This document shows, in pieces, positions 49,726-63,665 of a stretch of 64,000 nucleotides of DNA. The stretch's first letter is position 1. Every line of letters starts with the position of its first letter. The stretch comes from Massilia sp. Lineage in GTDB: Bacteria > Pseudomonadota > Gammaproteobacteria > Burkholderiales > Burkholderiaceae_D. The notes beneath the pieces were generated by a model. The model searched no databases. It was not told the origin of the DNA and saw nothing but the letters and a program-made list of their open reading frames with translations. The position numbers and the translations under genes are program-made. The stretch is taken from the NCBI RefSeq assembly GCF_031995545.1, contig NZ_DAMAGA010000008.1, forward strand, positions 27,818 to 91,817. The letters are read 5' to 3'.

Positions 49726-49811
49726 GTTGAGTCATGTCGGCGGTGCAATACTTTTGTCCATCAACCCGATTTAACTTTCCGCCCCGCTTGTTCACCACGA
49801 AAGGAACTACC

Positions 49812-50084
49812 ATGGCAAACGATCTGATGTGCGACGCACTGGCTGCCGAACTGCAAGCCCACCAGGGCATCCCGGGCGCCGGTCCGATCCGCCTGGCCCC
49901 GCACGAGCTGCGCCGCCTGCGCATCGGCAAACGCGAAAGCCAGGAAAAATTCTGGGGCCGCTTCGGCGTCACCCAATCGAGCGGCAGCCGCTTCGAAACC
50001 GGCCTTGCCATCCCTGCTCCCGTGTCGATCCTGTTGCGCATGTACATGAACGGCAAGCTCAACGATGGTGATCTTCAGGGATAA
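49812..50084 (+). CDS. rsaL: RsaL-like HTH repressor of quorum sensing (90 aa)
   Basis: Divergent from luxI and convergent with luxR, the lasR-rsaL-lasI topology. ESQEKFWGRFGVTQSSGSRFETGLAIPAPVSILL resembles the RsaL/XRE HTH signature as I recall it. ATG 49812 after aaaggaa. Confidence 0.68.
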   Translation: MANDLMCDALAAELQAHQGIPGAGPIRLAPHELRRLRIGKRESQEKFWGRFGVTQSSGSRFETGLAIPAPVSILLRMYMNGKLNDGDLQG

Positions 50085-50925
50085 GCATCCCCAGGGCGAT
50101 CGCCTTGACCACCGCCTGCTGGCGGGTGTTCACGTCAAATTTTTGACGGACATTCGCCAGGTGAAAATTGACGGTGGCCTCGGAACAGCTGGTAATCCGG
50201 GCGATCTCCCATGACGACTTGCCGGCCATGACCCATTGCAGCACTTCGAGCTCGCGCTTGGTCAGGCGCGGCAGGCCGGCGCGCTGAGCGTCGATCTGGT
50301 GTTGCGGCACGTGGGGCCGATGGTGTTCCTGGTGCTGAGTGTGCTGGGCGTGCTGTGTCTGCTGGTACTGTTGATGTTGCTGGTGTTTCTGGAGCGGTTG
50401 CGGCGTTTCGTGGCGCAACAGCTCTTCGCGGAAACGGGCCGAGGACGCCAGCGCATAATCGCGCACCAGCGTCAGAGTAGGCAGCGCGGCGGCGGCGGCG
50501 CGGCGCGCCTCGGCATCGGGACGGGCATCCGAGGCGAAACTGAGCACCCCGAACTCGCCCTGCGGGCCGTGCACCGGCAGCGTCACTCCGCTGCGCAGGC
50601 CATGCATGCGCGCTTCTTCGTACAGCGCCTGCTGGTCTTCGGAGGCGAAAGTGCCCGGCTCCCATACCAGCGGCAGGCTGCTCGACAGCGCGTGCGACAC
50701 GGTCGGGTCGACATAGGCGAAGCCGTTGCGGTCGTAGCGGTTGCGCCAGCTTTCCGAATAATTGCTGCGCAAGAAAGCCGATTCGAACGGCGCATTGCGC
50801 GACGCCACCACCCCGTACAGCACCCGATCGAAACCCAGACCGCGCGCGAGCGTGTACAAGGAGTCACTCCATTCGGAAGTGTCCTTGGCCTGCATCAGCT
50901 CGAGTAATAGAGCGGTATCAATCAT
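50059..50925 (-). CDS. LuxR family autoinducer-binding transcriptional regulator with a His/Gln-rich linker
   Basis: N-terminal autoinducer-binding domain (YVDP, WEP, GVLSF). C-terminal HTH LTKRELEVLQWVMAGKSSWEIARITSCSEATVNFHLANVRQKF. 288 aa rather than the usual ~240. Confidence 0.9.
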   Translation of the reverse strand: MIDTALLLELMQAKDTSEWSDSLYTLARGLGFDRVLYGVVASRNAPFESAFLRSNYSESWRNRYDRNGFAYVDPTVSHALSSSLPLVWEPGTFASEDQQALYEEARMHGLRSGVTLPVHGPQGEFGVLSFASDARPDAEARRAAAAALPTLTLVRDYALASSARFREELLRHETPQPLQKHQQHQQYQQTQHAQHTQHQEHHRPHVPQHQIDAQRAGLPRLTKRELEVLQWVMAGKSSWEIARITSCSEATVNFHLANVRQKFDVNTRQQAVVKAIALGMLIPEDHHR

Positions 50926-51187
50926 GGGGGCGGAATTTTGGTCAACACCTGTATGCTAGTTGCTTCGACCCCCTCCAAAATTCACGGAAATTAACAATCG
51001 GCCACGAAAATTGCACCCGTTTTGCATGTTGTCGTGCATAAACAACAAGCCAAATCGCAATCGTGCGCCGTGACCAGGTAATTTCTACTACCCTGCGCAC
51101 GAATAAATTTCATATTTGCAATTATTTGTAACCGAGAGTAGCCTCGCTCTTCACTTCACCACCCCACCGAAACAAGGATCACAGTCG

Positions 51188-56089
<4,902 letters not shown>

Positions 56090-56108
56090 GGGAAGCGGTG
56101 ACGGTCCG

Positions 56109-56981
56109 ATGAACGCATTCACTGGAGCGCTGCCGGCCGGAGCTCCGGCCGCCGGATTTCGCCCCGACCCGGCGCTGGAAGAGCTCGAGATCGATCTGCT
56201 GCTCGAAGCCCTGTACGGGCGCTACGGGCTGGATTACCGCAGCCACGACCGCGCCCTGCTGCGCCGCCGGCTGCAGGAGGTGGTGGCACGGCGCGAGCTG
56301 GCCACCCTGTCGCGCTTGCAGGAGCAGGTGCTGCACCAGCCCGGCGCCGCGCTCGACGTGACGCGCGCGCTGGCGGTGCCGGCGGCCAGGCTGTTCGACC
56401 GCCCCGAATGGGCGCGCCGTCAGCGCACGGCATTGAGTGATTCGCTGCGGCCGACCGCACTGCCCAAGGTCTGGCTGCCCGAGGCGGCCGGCGTGGGCGA
56501 GGCGTGGACGCTGGCGATCCTGCTGGCCGAGGAAAAGCTGTATGGGCGCACCGAGGTGTTCGCGACACTGGCCAGCGATGAACTGCTGGCCGAGGTGCGC
56601 GAGGCCACGCTGCCGGCGGCGCAGTTGCAGGAAGCGCAGCAGGATTACGAGGCCAGCGGCGGCGGCGGACGGCTGGCCGATTACTTCGAGGTCAGCGATG
56701 GGCGTGCCCGTTTGCTGCCGCGCTTGCGCGAGCGGATCACCTGGCTGCAGTATTGCCTGGTGACGGATGGGTCGTTCAACGAGTTCCATGCGATCCTGTG
56801 CTGCCGCGCGCTACCGGATTTCGGGCCGGTGCTGCGCCAGCGGGTGCTGCGGCTGTTCCGTGACAGCCTGGCCTTGTTTGGCGTGATCGGGCTGGATCGT
56901 GAGCTGGACGGTACCGATGCGGCTGCGAGTGATTATCAGCCGCTGTTCGACGACGGCGCCTGGTACAAGCGCATCCGGTAG
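56109..56981 (+). CDS. CheR-like methyltransferase-fold protein (divergent, probably degenerate SAM site)
   Basis: The CheR N-terminal helical domain is recognisable (LEALYGRYGLDYRSHDRALLRRRL). WLPEAAGVGEAWTLA replaces the canonical WSAGCSTGEEPYS, and CCRALPDF replaces CRNVLIYF. Confidence 0.75.
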   Translation: MNAFTGALPAGAPAAGFRPDPALEELEIDLLLEALYGRYGLDYRSHDRALLRRRLQEVVARRELATLSRLQEQVLHQPGAALDVTRALAVPAARLFDRPEWARRQRTALSDSLRPTALPKVWLPEAAGVGEAWTLAILLAEEKLYGRTEVFATLASDELLAEVREATLPAAQLQEAQQDYEASGGGGRLADYFEVSDGRARLLPRLRERITWLQYCLVTDGSFNEFHAILCCRALPDFGPVLRQRVLRLFRDSLALFGVIGLDRELDGTDAAASDYQPLFDDGAWYKRIR

Positions 56982-57095
56982 GGTTGGCCTGGGCGGCCCC
57001 GCGCTTTGCCGCCGACGCGTTCAACCGGCTTTCGATTTGCCGCGCGGCCTGCCAACGTAGGTTGAACGCGTCGGCGGCGGAGCCGCCAACCCTAC
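56978..57095. repeat. Nested long palindrome (REP-like), likely a bidirectional terminator
   Basis: Outer arms gtagggttggc (56978-56988) and gccaaccctac (57085-57095). Inner perfect 19-bp arms gccgccgacgcgttcaacc (57008-57026) and ggttgaacgcgtcggcggc (57060-57078). Confidence 0.6.
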
Positions 57096-58699
57096 GAAGC
57101 GACGCTGCTTGATGCTGTCAGTTGCCGCGCCATCCAGTCATCGATCTCGCGCGCCACGCCCGGCCGCAGATGCAGCCCTAATTTGGTCCGGCGCCACAAC
57201 ACATCGGCGCTGCTGACCGCCCACTCCTGCTCCACCAGATAGCGCAGCTCGGCCTCGTACAAGCCCGGCGTCACCTCCGCGCCCAGATCGTCGAGCGATG
57301 AACACCCTTCCAATACCCGTTCGACCCGGGTGCCGTACGCCCGCGCATAACGCAACGCCAACGGCGCCGGCAGCCACTCATGCCGCCGCCGCAGCGCCGT
57401 CACCCAGCGATCGAACTGCAGCACCCCACGCGCATCTGGCGTGGGGCCGAACAAGTCGCCACCGGGCAGCACGGCGTTCGCGGTCCAGGCAGGCGACGAT
57501 CGCCCTAATAAAGGCGCCAGCCAGTTCACGGCTTCCTCGGCCAGCTTGCGGTAGGTCGTGATCTTGCCCCCGAACACCGACAGCAGTGGCGGCCCTGCGG
57601 TATCTCGTTCAAGAAAATAATCGCGCGACGCATCCGCCGCCCTGCCCCGCGTCCCCTTGGCCACGGCATCTTCCAGCAGCGGCCGCACGCCGGAATAACT
57701 CCACACCACGTCGCGCGATGTGATCTGGCGCCGGAAGTAGCGGTTCGCCAGCGCGCACAGGTAATCGGTCTCGCCATCCGCGATGGTGGGCGCATCCGGG
57801 TCACCCTCGAACTCGACATCGGTAGTGCCGATCAGCGTGAACGAACCTTCATATGGCATCGCGAATACCACGCGCCCGTCGGGATGCTGGAACAGATAGG
57901 CGCACGAATGATCGAACAGGCGCGGCACGACGATGTGGCTGCCTTTGACCAGGCGCAGCGTGTGGCGTGGAGGATTGACCGCACCACTCGCCTGCCGGGC
58001 GAAGCGCGCCGCCCAAGGTCCGGTGGCATTCACCAGTGCCCGCGCCCGTACCTGCAGCTGCGCCGACGTAACATCGCCACGGGGCAAGTGCGCCTCCCAG
58101 TGATCCGCACGCCGCGCCACGCTCTCGCAACGCGTGCGCGGCAACACCAGCGCCCCGCGCTCGCGCGCATCGACGGCATTGAGCACCACCAGCCGGGCGT
58201 CGTCGACCCAGCCGTCGGAATAGGCAAACGCGCGCGTGAACTCGGGCTGCAGCGGCAGGCCGGCGCGGTGCCCGGCCAGATCGAACGCTTCGGACGCCGG
58301 CAGGAAGGCGCGCGGCGCCAGCCGGTCATACAGGAACAGACCGGCGCGGATCAGCCAGGCGGAGCGCTGGCCGGCATCATGCGGCATCACGAAACGCAGC
58401 GGCCGCATGATGTGCGGCGCGCTCTTGAGCAAAATTTCGCGCTCGCCCAGCGCCTTGCGCACCAGGCCGAATTCGCGCTGCTCCAGATAGCGCAGGCCGC
58501 CGTGGATCAGCTTGCTGGAGGCGGACGAGGTATGGCTGCCCAGATCGTCCTTGTCGCACAACACCACGCGCAGGCCGCGCCCGGCGGCGTCGCGCGCGAT
58601 GCCGGCGCCGTTGATGCCGCCGCCGACCACCAGCAGGTCGCAGTCGACCTGCCCATCGCCGATCCAGTCTGCATCGTCGCCCGGTTCCATCTTGCCCAT
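57092..58699 (-). CDS. glpD: FAD-dependent glycerol-3-phosphate dehydrogenase
   Basis: Start at ATG 58699 after gaggggagg. CDLLVVGGGINGAGIARDAAGRGL and SSASSKLIHGGLRYLE. 535 aa. Confidence 0.92.
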   Translation of the reverse strand: MGKMEPGDDADWIGDGQVDCDLLVVGGGINGAGIARDAAGRGLRVVLCDKDDLGSHTSSASSKLIHGGLRYLEQREFGLVRKALGEREILLKSAPHIMRPLRFVMPHDAGQRSAWLIRAGLFLYDRLAPRAFLPASEAFDLAGHRAGLPLQPEFTRAFAYSDGWVDDARLVVLNAVDARERGALVLPRTRCESVARRADHWEAHLPRGDVTSAQLQVRARALVNATGPWAARFARQASGAVNPPRHTLRLVKGSHIVVPRLFDHSCAYLFQHPDGRVVFAMPYEGSFTLIGTTDVEFEGDPDAPTIADGETDYLCALANRYFRRQITSRDVVWSYSGVRPLLEDAVAKGTRGRAADASRDYFLERDTAGPPLLSVFGGKITTYRKLAEEAVNWLAPLLGRSSPAWTANAVLPGGDLFGPTPDARGVLQFDRWVTALRRRHEWLPAPLALRYARAYGTRVERVLEGCSSLDDLGAEVTPGLYEAELRYLVEQEWAVSSADVLWRRTKLGLHLRPGVAREIDDWMARQLTASSSVAS

Positions 58700-58821
58700 G
58701 ATCGCCTCCCCTCGCGCACGGCTTGCCGCCATCCGGACCAGTGTAGGCAGGCGTCTCGCGCGCCAGGTTTGCCTGCATCAATTATGCGGAGAATGCGCGG
58801 CCCGGTGTGTAAAATCGCCAC

Positions 58822-59493
58822 ATGCACAATCCGTCCAACCCGGCGCCCGTTCCTGCATTGGGGGCGCCCGATCCACGTACCCGCGCCTGGGTGCGCATGC
58901 CGTCCGGGCGCCGTCTCGACCTGCTCGATCCTACACCGTTCGACTGGGACGACGCCGACCTGGCGCTCGGCCTGGCCCGCACTTACCGCTGGGGCGGCCA
59001 CTCGGCGTGGCCGCTGCCGCTGTCGGTGGCCCAGCATTCGATCAGCGTGATGCTGCTGCGGCGCGCCGCGGCGCCCCACATCTCGCCGCTGGAGGATTTG
59101 CGCGAACTGCTGCACGATGCCGAGGAAGGCCTGCTCGGCTTCGACGCGATCTCGGTGATCAAACCCTTCCTGGGCGAAGCGTTTCGCGCGCTGACCAAGC
59201 GGCTGGAACACATGGTCTTTCTGCGCTATGGCCTGCCGGCCTGGAACGCCAAGTCGCACGCGGCGCACAAGCGCGCCGACCGCTTGGCAGCCGCCAGCGA
59301 AGCCGTGCACGTGGCCGGCTGGTCGCGCGAGGAAGTGCGGCGCACGCTCAAGATCCGGGCCGAGGTGCTGGGCGAGGATCCGCTGGCGCGCCATTACGGC
59401 TGCACGCCGTGGGAACCGTGGCCGCCGGGGGTGGCGTGCGAACGGTTCCTGGCGGAGCTGACCCGCCTAAAACAGGCGGTGGCGGCGTCCTGA
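58822..59493 (+). CDS. HD-domain metal-dependent phosphohydrolase
   Basis: SVAQHS...LLHDAEE matches the H...HD...D pattern. 223 aa. Confidence 0.72.
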   Translation: MHNPSNPAPVPALGAPDPRTRAWVRMPSGRRLDLLDPTPFDWDDADLALGLARTYRWGGHSAWPLPLSVAQHSISVMLLRRAAAPHISPLEDLRELLHDAEEGLLGFDAISVIKPFLGEAFRALTKRLEHMVFLRYGLPAWNAKSHAAHKRADRLAAASEAVHVAGWSREEVRRTLKIRAEVLGEDPLARHYGCTPWEPWPPGVACERFLAELTRLKQAVAAS

Positions 59494-59515
59494 AGCGAAG
59501 ACGCCGCCCGCTCAT

Positions 59516-60967
59516 TCAGGCCGGTGCGCTCAGTTCCTTCTGCAGGTGGCGCTCCAGCCCTTCGAGCGACTTGCCATGGGTCTCTGGCACCAGTGTCGCC
59601 ACGAACAGCAGCGATGCGATATTGATCGCCGCGAACACGAAGAAGGTCGCACTGCCCAGCTGCGACAGCGCGATCGGGAACAGCAGCGCCACCAGCGCAT
59701 TGAACACCCACTGGCACGCCACCGCGGTGCCGGTCAGGACGCCGCGCACGTGCATCGGGAACAGTTCCGACATCAGGAGCCAGTACACGGGCGCGATCAA
59801 CATCTGCATGCACAGCAGGAAGCACAGGATGCAGCCCAGCGCGGCGTAGCTGCGCAGCAAGCCTTCCGGCATCCACAGCAGGACGGCGCCGAGCGCGGCC
59901 TGGGTGGCGATCACGCCCGACAGGCCGGTCATCAGCATCGGCCGGCGGCCGTGACGGCCGATCAGCCAGATGCCGATCATGGTCGCGATCACCGACACCA
60001 CGCCGTTGCCGATGGTGGCGGTCAGCGCCGCGTTGGTGCCGAGGCCGGTCGAAGTCAGGATGATTGGCGTGAAGTACATGAAGGCGTTGATGCCGGTGAA
60101 CTGGGCCATGAAACCGAGGCCGATCCCGATCCACAGCAGCTTGCGGATCCATGGCGTACCGAACACGGCCGACCAGCCGGCCTGCTCGTGCTCGATGGCA
60201 TTGAGCTTGTTCATCTCGGCCATCTCGAGCTCGATCTGCTTGTCGCTCGATCGGATCTGCTCCAGCACGGCGCGCGCTTCCTTCATGCGGTTCTTGCTGG
60301 CCAGCCAGCGCGGTGACGCCGGTACCATCAGCATGCCGATGCCGAGAAGGATCGCCGGCACCGCCGAAATGGCGAGCATGTAGCGCCACACCGAGGGCGA
60401 ATCGGAGAAGTACGCCAGCAGCGCATTAAGCACGTAGGCGGCCAGTTGTCCGCTGACGATCATCAGCTCGTTCTGGCTGACCAGGCGTGCACGCCGGCTC
60501 GGCCCCGCCATCTCGGCGATGAACACCGGCACCGTGGACGAGGCGCCGCCGACCGCCATGCCCAGGATGAAGCGCATCGCCACCATCACCGCCACCGAAG
60601 GCGCCAACACCGAACCGAGCACACCGACCAGGAACACCAGCGACAGGCCGAGCAAGGTGGTGCGCCGGCCATAGCGGTCGGACAGGGTGCCGGCCATCAG
60701 CGAACCGAGCGCGGCGCCGAATACCAGCGACGAGGTAACGATGCCTTCGGTGACCGGGTTCAGGCCAAGGCCGCCACTGGCTTGCGGAAGGCTCATGAAC
60801 GGCAGTGCGCCGGAGATCACGCCGGTATCGTAGCCAAAAGCCAGCGCGCCCATGGTGGCGGCAATCGCGACCTTGAAGACGAAGCGGCTTTCCTTGGTGT
60901 CGGGTGGTGCTGCGGGTGGCGTGGAGACAGTAGATGAGTCTGATAGATCGGGGACTGCTGAAGACAT
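59516..60967 (-). CDS. MFS sugar porter family transporter
   Basis: Internal ATG 60967 (MSSAVPDLSD). GYDTGVISGALPFM, SDRYGRR, PESPRW-like PASPRWL, PETHGKSLE. 483 aa. Confidence 0.9.
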   Translation of the reverse strand: MSSAVPDLSDSSTVSTPPAAPPDTKESRFVFKVAIAATMGALAFGYDTGVISGALPFMSLPQASGGLGLNPVTEGIVTSSLVFGAALGSLMAGTLSDRYGRRTTLLGLSLVFLVGVLGSVLAPSVAVMVAMRFILGMAVGGASSTVPVFIAEMAGPSRRARLVSQNELMIVSGQLAAYVLNALLAYFSDSPSVWRYMLAISAVPAILLGIGMLMVPASPRWLASKNRMKEARAVLEQIRSSDKQIELEMAEMNKLNAIEHEQAGWSAVFGTPWIRKLLWIGIGLGFMAQFTGINAFMYFTPIILTSTGLGTNAALTATIGNGVVSVIATMIGIWLIGRHGRRPMLMTGLSGVIATQAALGAVLLWMPEGLLRSYAALGCILCFLLCMQMLIAPVYWLLMSELFPMHVRGVLTGTAVACQWVFNALVALLFPIALSQLGSATFFVFAAINIASLLFVATLVPETHGKSLEGLERHLQKELSAPA

Positions 60968-61317
60968 GGATACCACTCTTTCTTTGAAATGGACGACGCG
61001 GACATGGCAGCGCGGCAAGCGCCTCCACCCCCGTGCCATTGCAAACACGACGGCATACGTTCTGCCGCCGGCGACGAAGCCGGTTCGAAATACTTAACGA
61101 AGGATAACGAAAATGGTCAAAGATGAATGTTCGATAGCTTACATATTAGTAAGTTTCGTCTCATCAGTCGGAAAGTGACATGCTCCGGAGCGTTGCCAAA
61201 GATTGCGTTTCAATGGGCGCGAACAAGCGTGCTGGGGTGCCAGAAACCGGCATGCAAAAAGCTTGATTTGGATCAATTGCCCGGCACTAAGTGGCTGATT
61301 TTGTTCAGCCTTTTGGT

Positions 61318-61406
61318 CTATCCACAAGAAATGTGGATAACTGTGTGGACAAGCGGCTCTTGACAAGCCGCAAGCGCAGTAGGGATGCGGGTTTCAACAA
61401 AATGCC
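61318..61406 (+). repeat. DnaA-box-cluster module, copy A
   Basis: CTATCCACA (61318-61326), TGTGGATAA (61332-61340, reverse complement is a perfect TTATCCACA), TGTGGACAA (61344-61352), CTTGACA (61359-61365), TGCGGGTTTCAACAAAATGCC (61386-61406). Confidence 0.6.
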
Positions 61407-61544
61407 CGTTCGACGGGCAAAAAATCTTCCCTTATAAATCAATGGCTTGCACATGCACTTCAAAAGTGCAGCAGGAATATGTGCGGTAAATTCCTACAAA
61501 AGCGGGGCACGGGGGATAAGTCGTCAACTTGGCGCCAACTGTCG

Positions 61545-63629
61545 TCATTTCCACGCGTTCCTGGCACGCTCGCGCACCAGCATGCGTACGCTGTCCGGCA
61601 TCGGGGTGCGGTTCTCGCGCCGGTCGGCATCGAGCCAGGCACATTCCTCGAAATGCTTGAGCATGGCGGGCGTGATGAAGCGCGTGCGCGCCGCATACAT
61701 GTGACGGTCGCCCATCTGCGCCTGCTGCTTCACGAAGAAGCGGTTCGGCACCACCAGGTGCAGGTTGTCGCGTGCGCGGGTCATCGCCACGTACAGCAGA
61801 CGCCGCTCTTCCTCGATGTCGTCCTGGTTGCCGGTGGACATATCTGACGGGATGCAGCCGTCGACCACATTCAGCACATGCACCGACTTCCACTCCTGGC
61901 CCTTGGCCGAGTGGATGGTGGACAGGATCACGTAATCTTCGTCCAGCAGCGGCGCGCCGGCGCGGTCGCCCGTCGCTTCCGGCGGGTCGAGCGTGATCTC
62001 GGCCAGGAAGCTTTCGCGGCTGCCATGGCCGGCGGACAGCGCCAGCAATTGCGCCAGGTCGGCCGCGCGCACTTGTGCATCATCGTGCTTGCGCTCCAGG
62101 TGCGGCCGATACCAGTCGATCGCCAGCTCCAGGTCCATCGGCCAGCGCAGACCGGGCGTGCGCAGGCGCCGGTACAGCGCGCAGAACGCCGACCAGTCCT
62201 CGCCGCCGCGCAGCTTCGCTCCGGCCGCTTCCAGTGCGCTTGCCGCATCAACGCTCTCCCCTACCGCGTCGAGCAGGCGGGTGGCGCTGGCCGGGCCGAT
62301 CCCCGGCAGCAGCTGCAGCACCCGGAAGCCCGCGATGCGCCCGCTCGGATTCTGGGCGAAACGCAGCAGCGCCAGCACGTCCTTGATGTGCGAGGCCTCC
62401 AGGAATTTCAATCCGCCGAATTTCACGAACGGGATGTTGCGGCGCATGAGCTCCAGCTCCAGTGCCGCACTGTGGCTGGCGGCGCGAAACAGCACCGCTT
62501 GGCTGGTGAGCGCCATGCCGGCTTCGCGCTGCTCGAGGATGCGGTTGCAGACCCAGCGCGCCTGTTCGGCTTCGTCGGGAATCAACACCAGCTGCGGTTT
62601 AATGCTGGACGCCTTGTCGGTCCACAGCGTCTTGGCGTGGCGCTCCAGCGCCCCCGCGATCACGGCGTTGGACGCATCCAGGATCGGCTGGGTCGAGCGG
62701 TAGTTGCGCTCCAGCGTGACCAGGCGCGCCGGCTGCGAGAACTGCTTCGGGAAGTCGAGGATGTTGCGCACCGTGGCGCCGCGAAAACCGTAGATCGACT
62801 GGGCATCGTCGCCGACCACCATCACGCCCTGGCCGTCGGGCTTCATGCCGGTCAGGATCGATGCCTGCAGGCGATTAGTGTCCTGGTATTCGTCCACCAG
62901 CACGTGGTCGAACAGCGCGCCCAGCTCGCGCCCGAGCACCGGGTCGGCCGCCATCTCGGCCCAGAACAGCAGCAGGTCGTCGTAGTCGAGCACGTTCTGC
63001 TCCTGCTTGGCGTCGACGTAGGCGCCGAACAGGGTCTTCAGCTGCGCCTCCCATTCGCTGCACCAGGGGAAGGTCGATTGCAGCACGGCGTCGAGCGGGT
63101 CGCGGCTGTTGACCACGCGCGAGTAGATCGCCAGGCAGGTGCCTTTCAGCGGAAAGCGCTTCTCGGTACCGGTCAGCCCGATCTCGTGTCGCACCAGGCC
63201 CATCAGGTCTTCGGAGTCGCCACGGTCGTGGATGGTGAACGCCTCGTCCAGGCCGATACGGCCGGCGAATTCGCGCAGCAGGCGCGCTCCGATGCTGTGG
63301 AAGGTGCCGGCCCAGGGCAGCGACACCGGTGCCGTCGAGCCTCCGCGCCCCAGCAGGCGCTGCAGCACGGCGCTGGCGCGGTGCCCCATCTCATTGGCGG
63401 CGCGGCGCGAAAAGGTCAACAGCAGGATGCGCTGCGGATCGGCGCCGGACTGGATCAGGCGTGCCACCCGGTGCGCCAGCGTGTTGGTCTTGCCGGAACC
63501 GGCACCGGCCACCACCAGCAGCGGACGCGGCGCGGCGACGCCGATGTCGTGCTCGACCGCCGCACGCTGCTCGGCATTAAGAGAAGCGAACGGGTCTTCA
63601 GTGGCGGGCGGGGTGGCGACAGCGGACAT
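61545..63629 (-). CDS. UvrD/PcrA/Rep-family ATP-dependent DNA helicase
   Basis: VVAGAGSGKTNTLAHR (Walker A), LVDEYQDTN, VGDDAQSIYGFRGA, ERNYRST, TIHSAKGQEW, YVAMTRAR. 694 aa. Confidence 0.92.
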   Translation of the reverse strand: MSAVATPPATEDPFASLNAEQRAAVEHDIGVAAPRPLLVVAGAGSGKTNTLAHRVARLIQSGADPQRILLLTFSRRAANEMGHRASAVLQRLLGRGGSTAPVSLPWAGTFHSIGARLLREFAGRIGLDEAFTIHDRGDSEDLMGLVRHEIGLTGTEKRFPLKGTCLAIYSRVVNSRDPLDAVLQSTFPWCSEWEAQLKTLFGAYVDAKQEQNVLDYDDLLLFWAEMAADPVLGRELGALFDHVLVDEYQDTNRLQASILTGMKPDGQGVMVVGDDAQSIYGFRGATVRNILDFPKQFSQPARLVTLERNYRSTQPILDASNAVIAGALERHAKTLWTDKASSIKPQLVLIPDEAEQARWVCNRILEQREAGMALTSQAVLFRAASHSAALELELMRRNIPFVKFGGLKFLEASHIKDVLALLRFAQNPSGRIAGFRVLQLLPGIGPASATRLLDAVGESVDAASALEAAGAKLRGGEDWSAFCALYRRLRTPGLRWPMDLELAIDWYRPHLERKHDDAQVRAADLAQLLALSAGHGSRESFLAEITLDPPEATGDRAGAPLLDEDYVILSTIHSAKGQEWKSVHVLNVVDGCIPSDMSTGNQDDIEEERRLLYVAMTRARDNLHLVVPNRFFVKQQAQMGDRHMYAARTRFITPAMLKHFEECAWLDADRRENRTPMPDSVRMLVRERARNAWK

Positions 63630-63665
63630 GATGCAAGAAAGCTTGAAACTGAGCTGGAAATGCCA

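Noticed and set aside
61127-61366. Small ORFs (78 aa on the + strand, 75 aa on the - strand) in the AT-richer intergenic region upstream of the MFS transporter.
   Set aside because: They overlap each other on opposite strands and run through the DnaA-box module. No RBS or recognisable motif was found, so they are treated as non-coding.
61050-61544. The DnaA-box cluster as the chromosomal replication origin (oriC).
   Set aside because: There is no adjacent dnaA, dnaN, gidA or rpmH, no obvious AT-rich 13-mer unwinding element, and only three boxes per cluster. A second, near-identical cluster lies 2.5 kb away. A regulatory, titration or duplication explanation seems more likely, but oriC is not formally excluded without a genome-wide GC-skew analysis.
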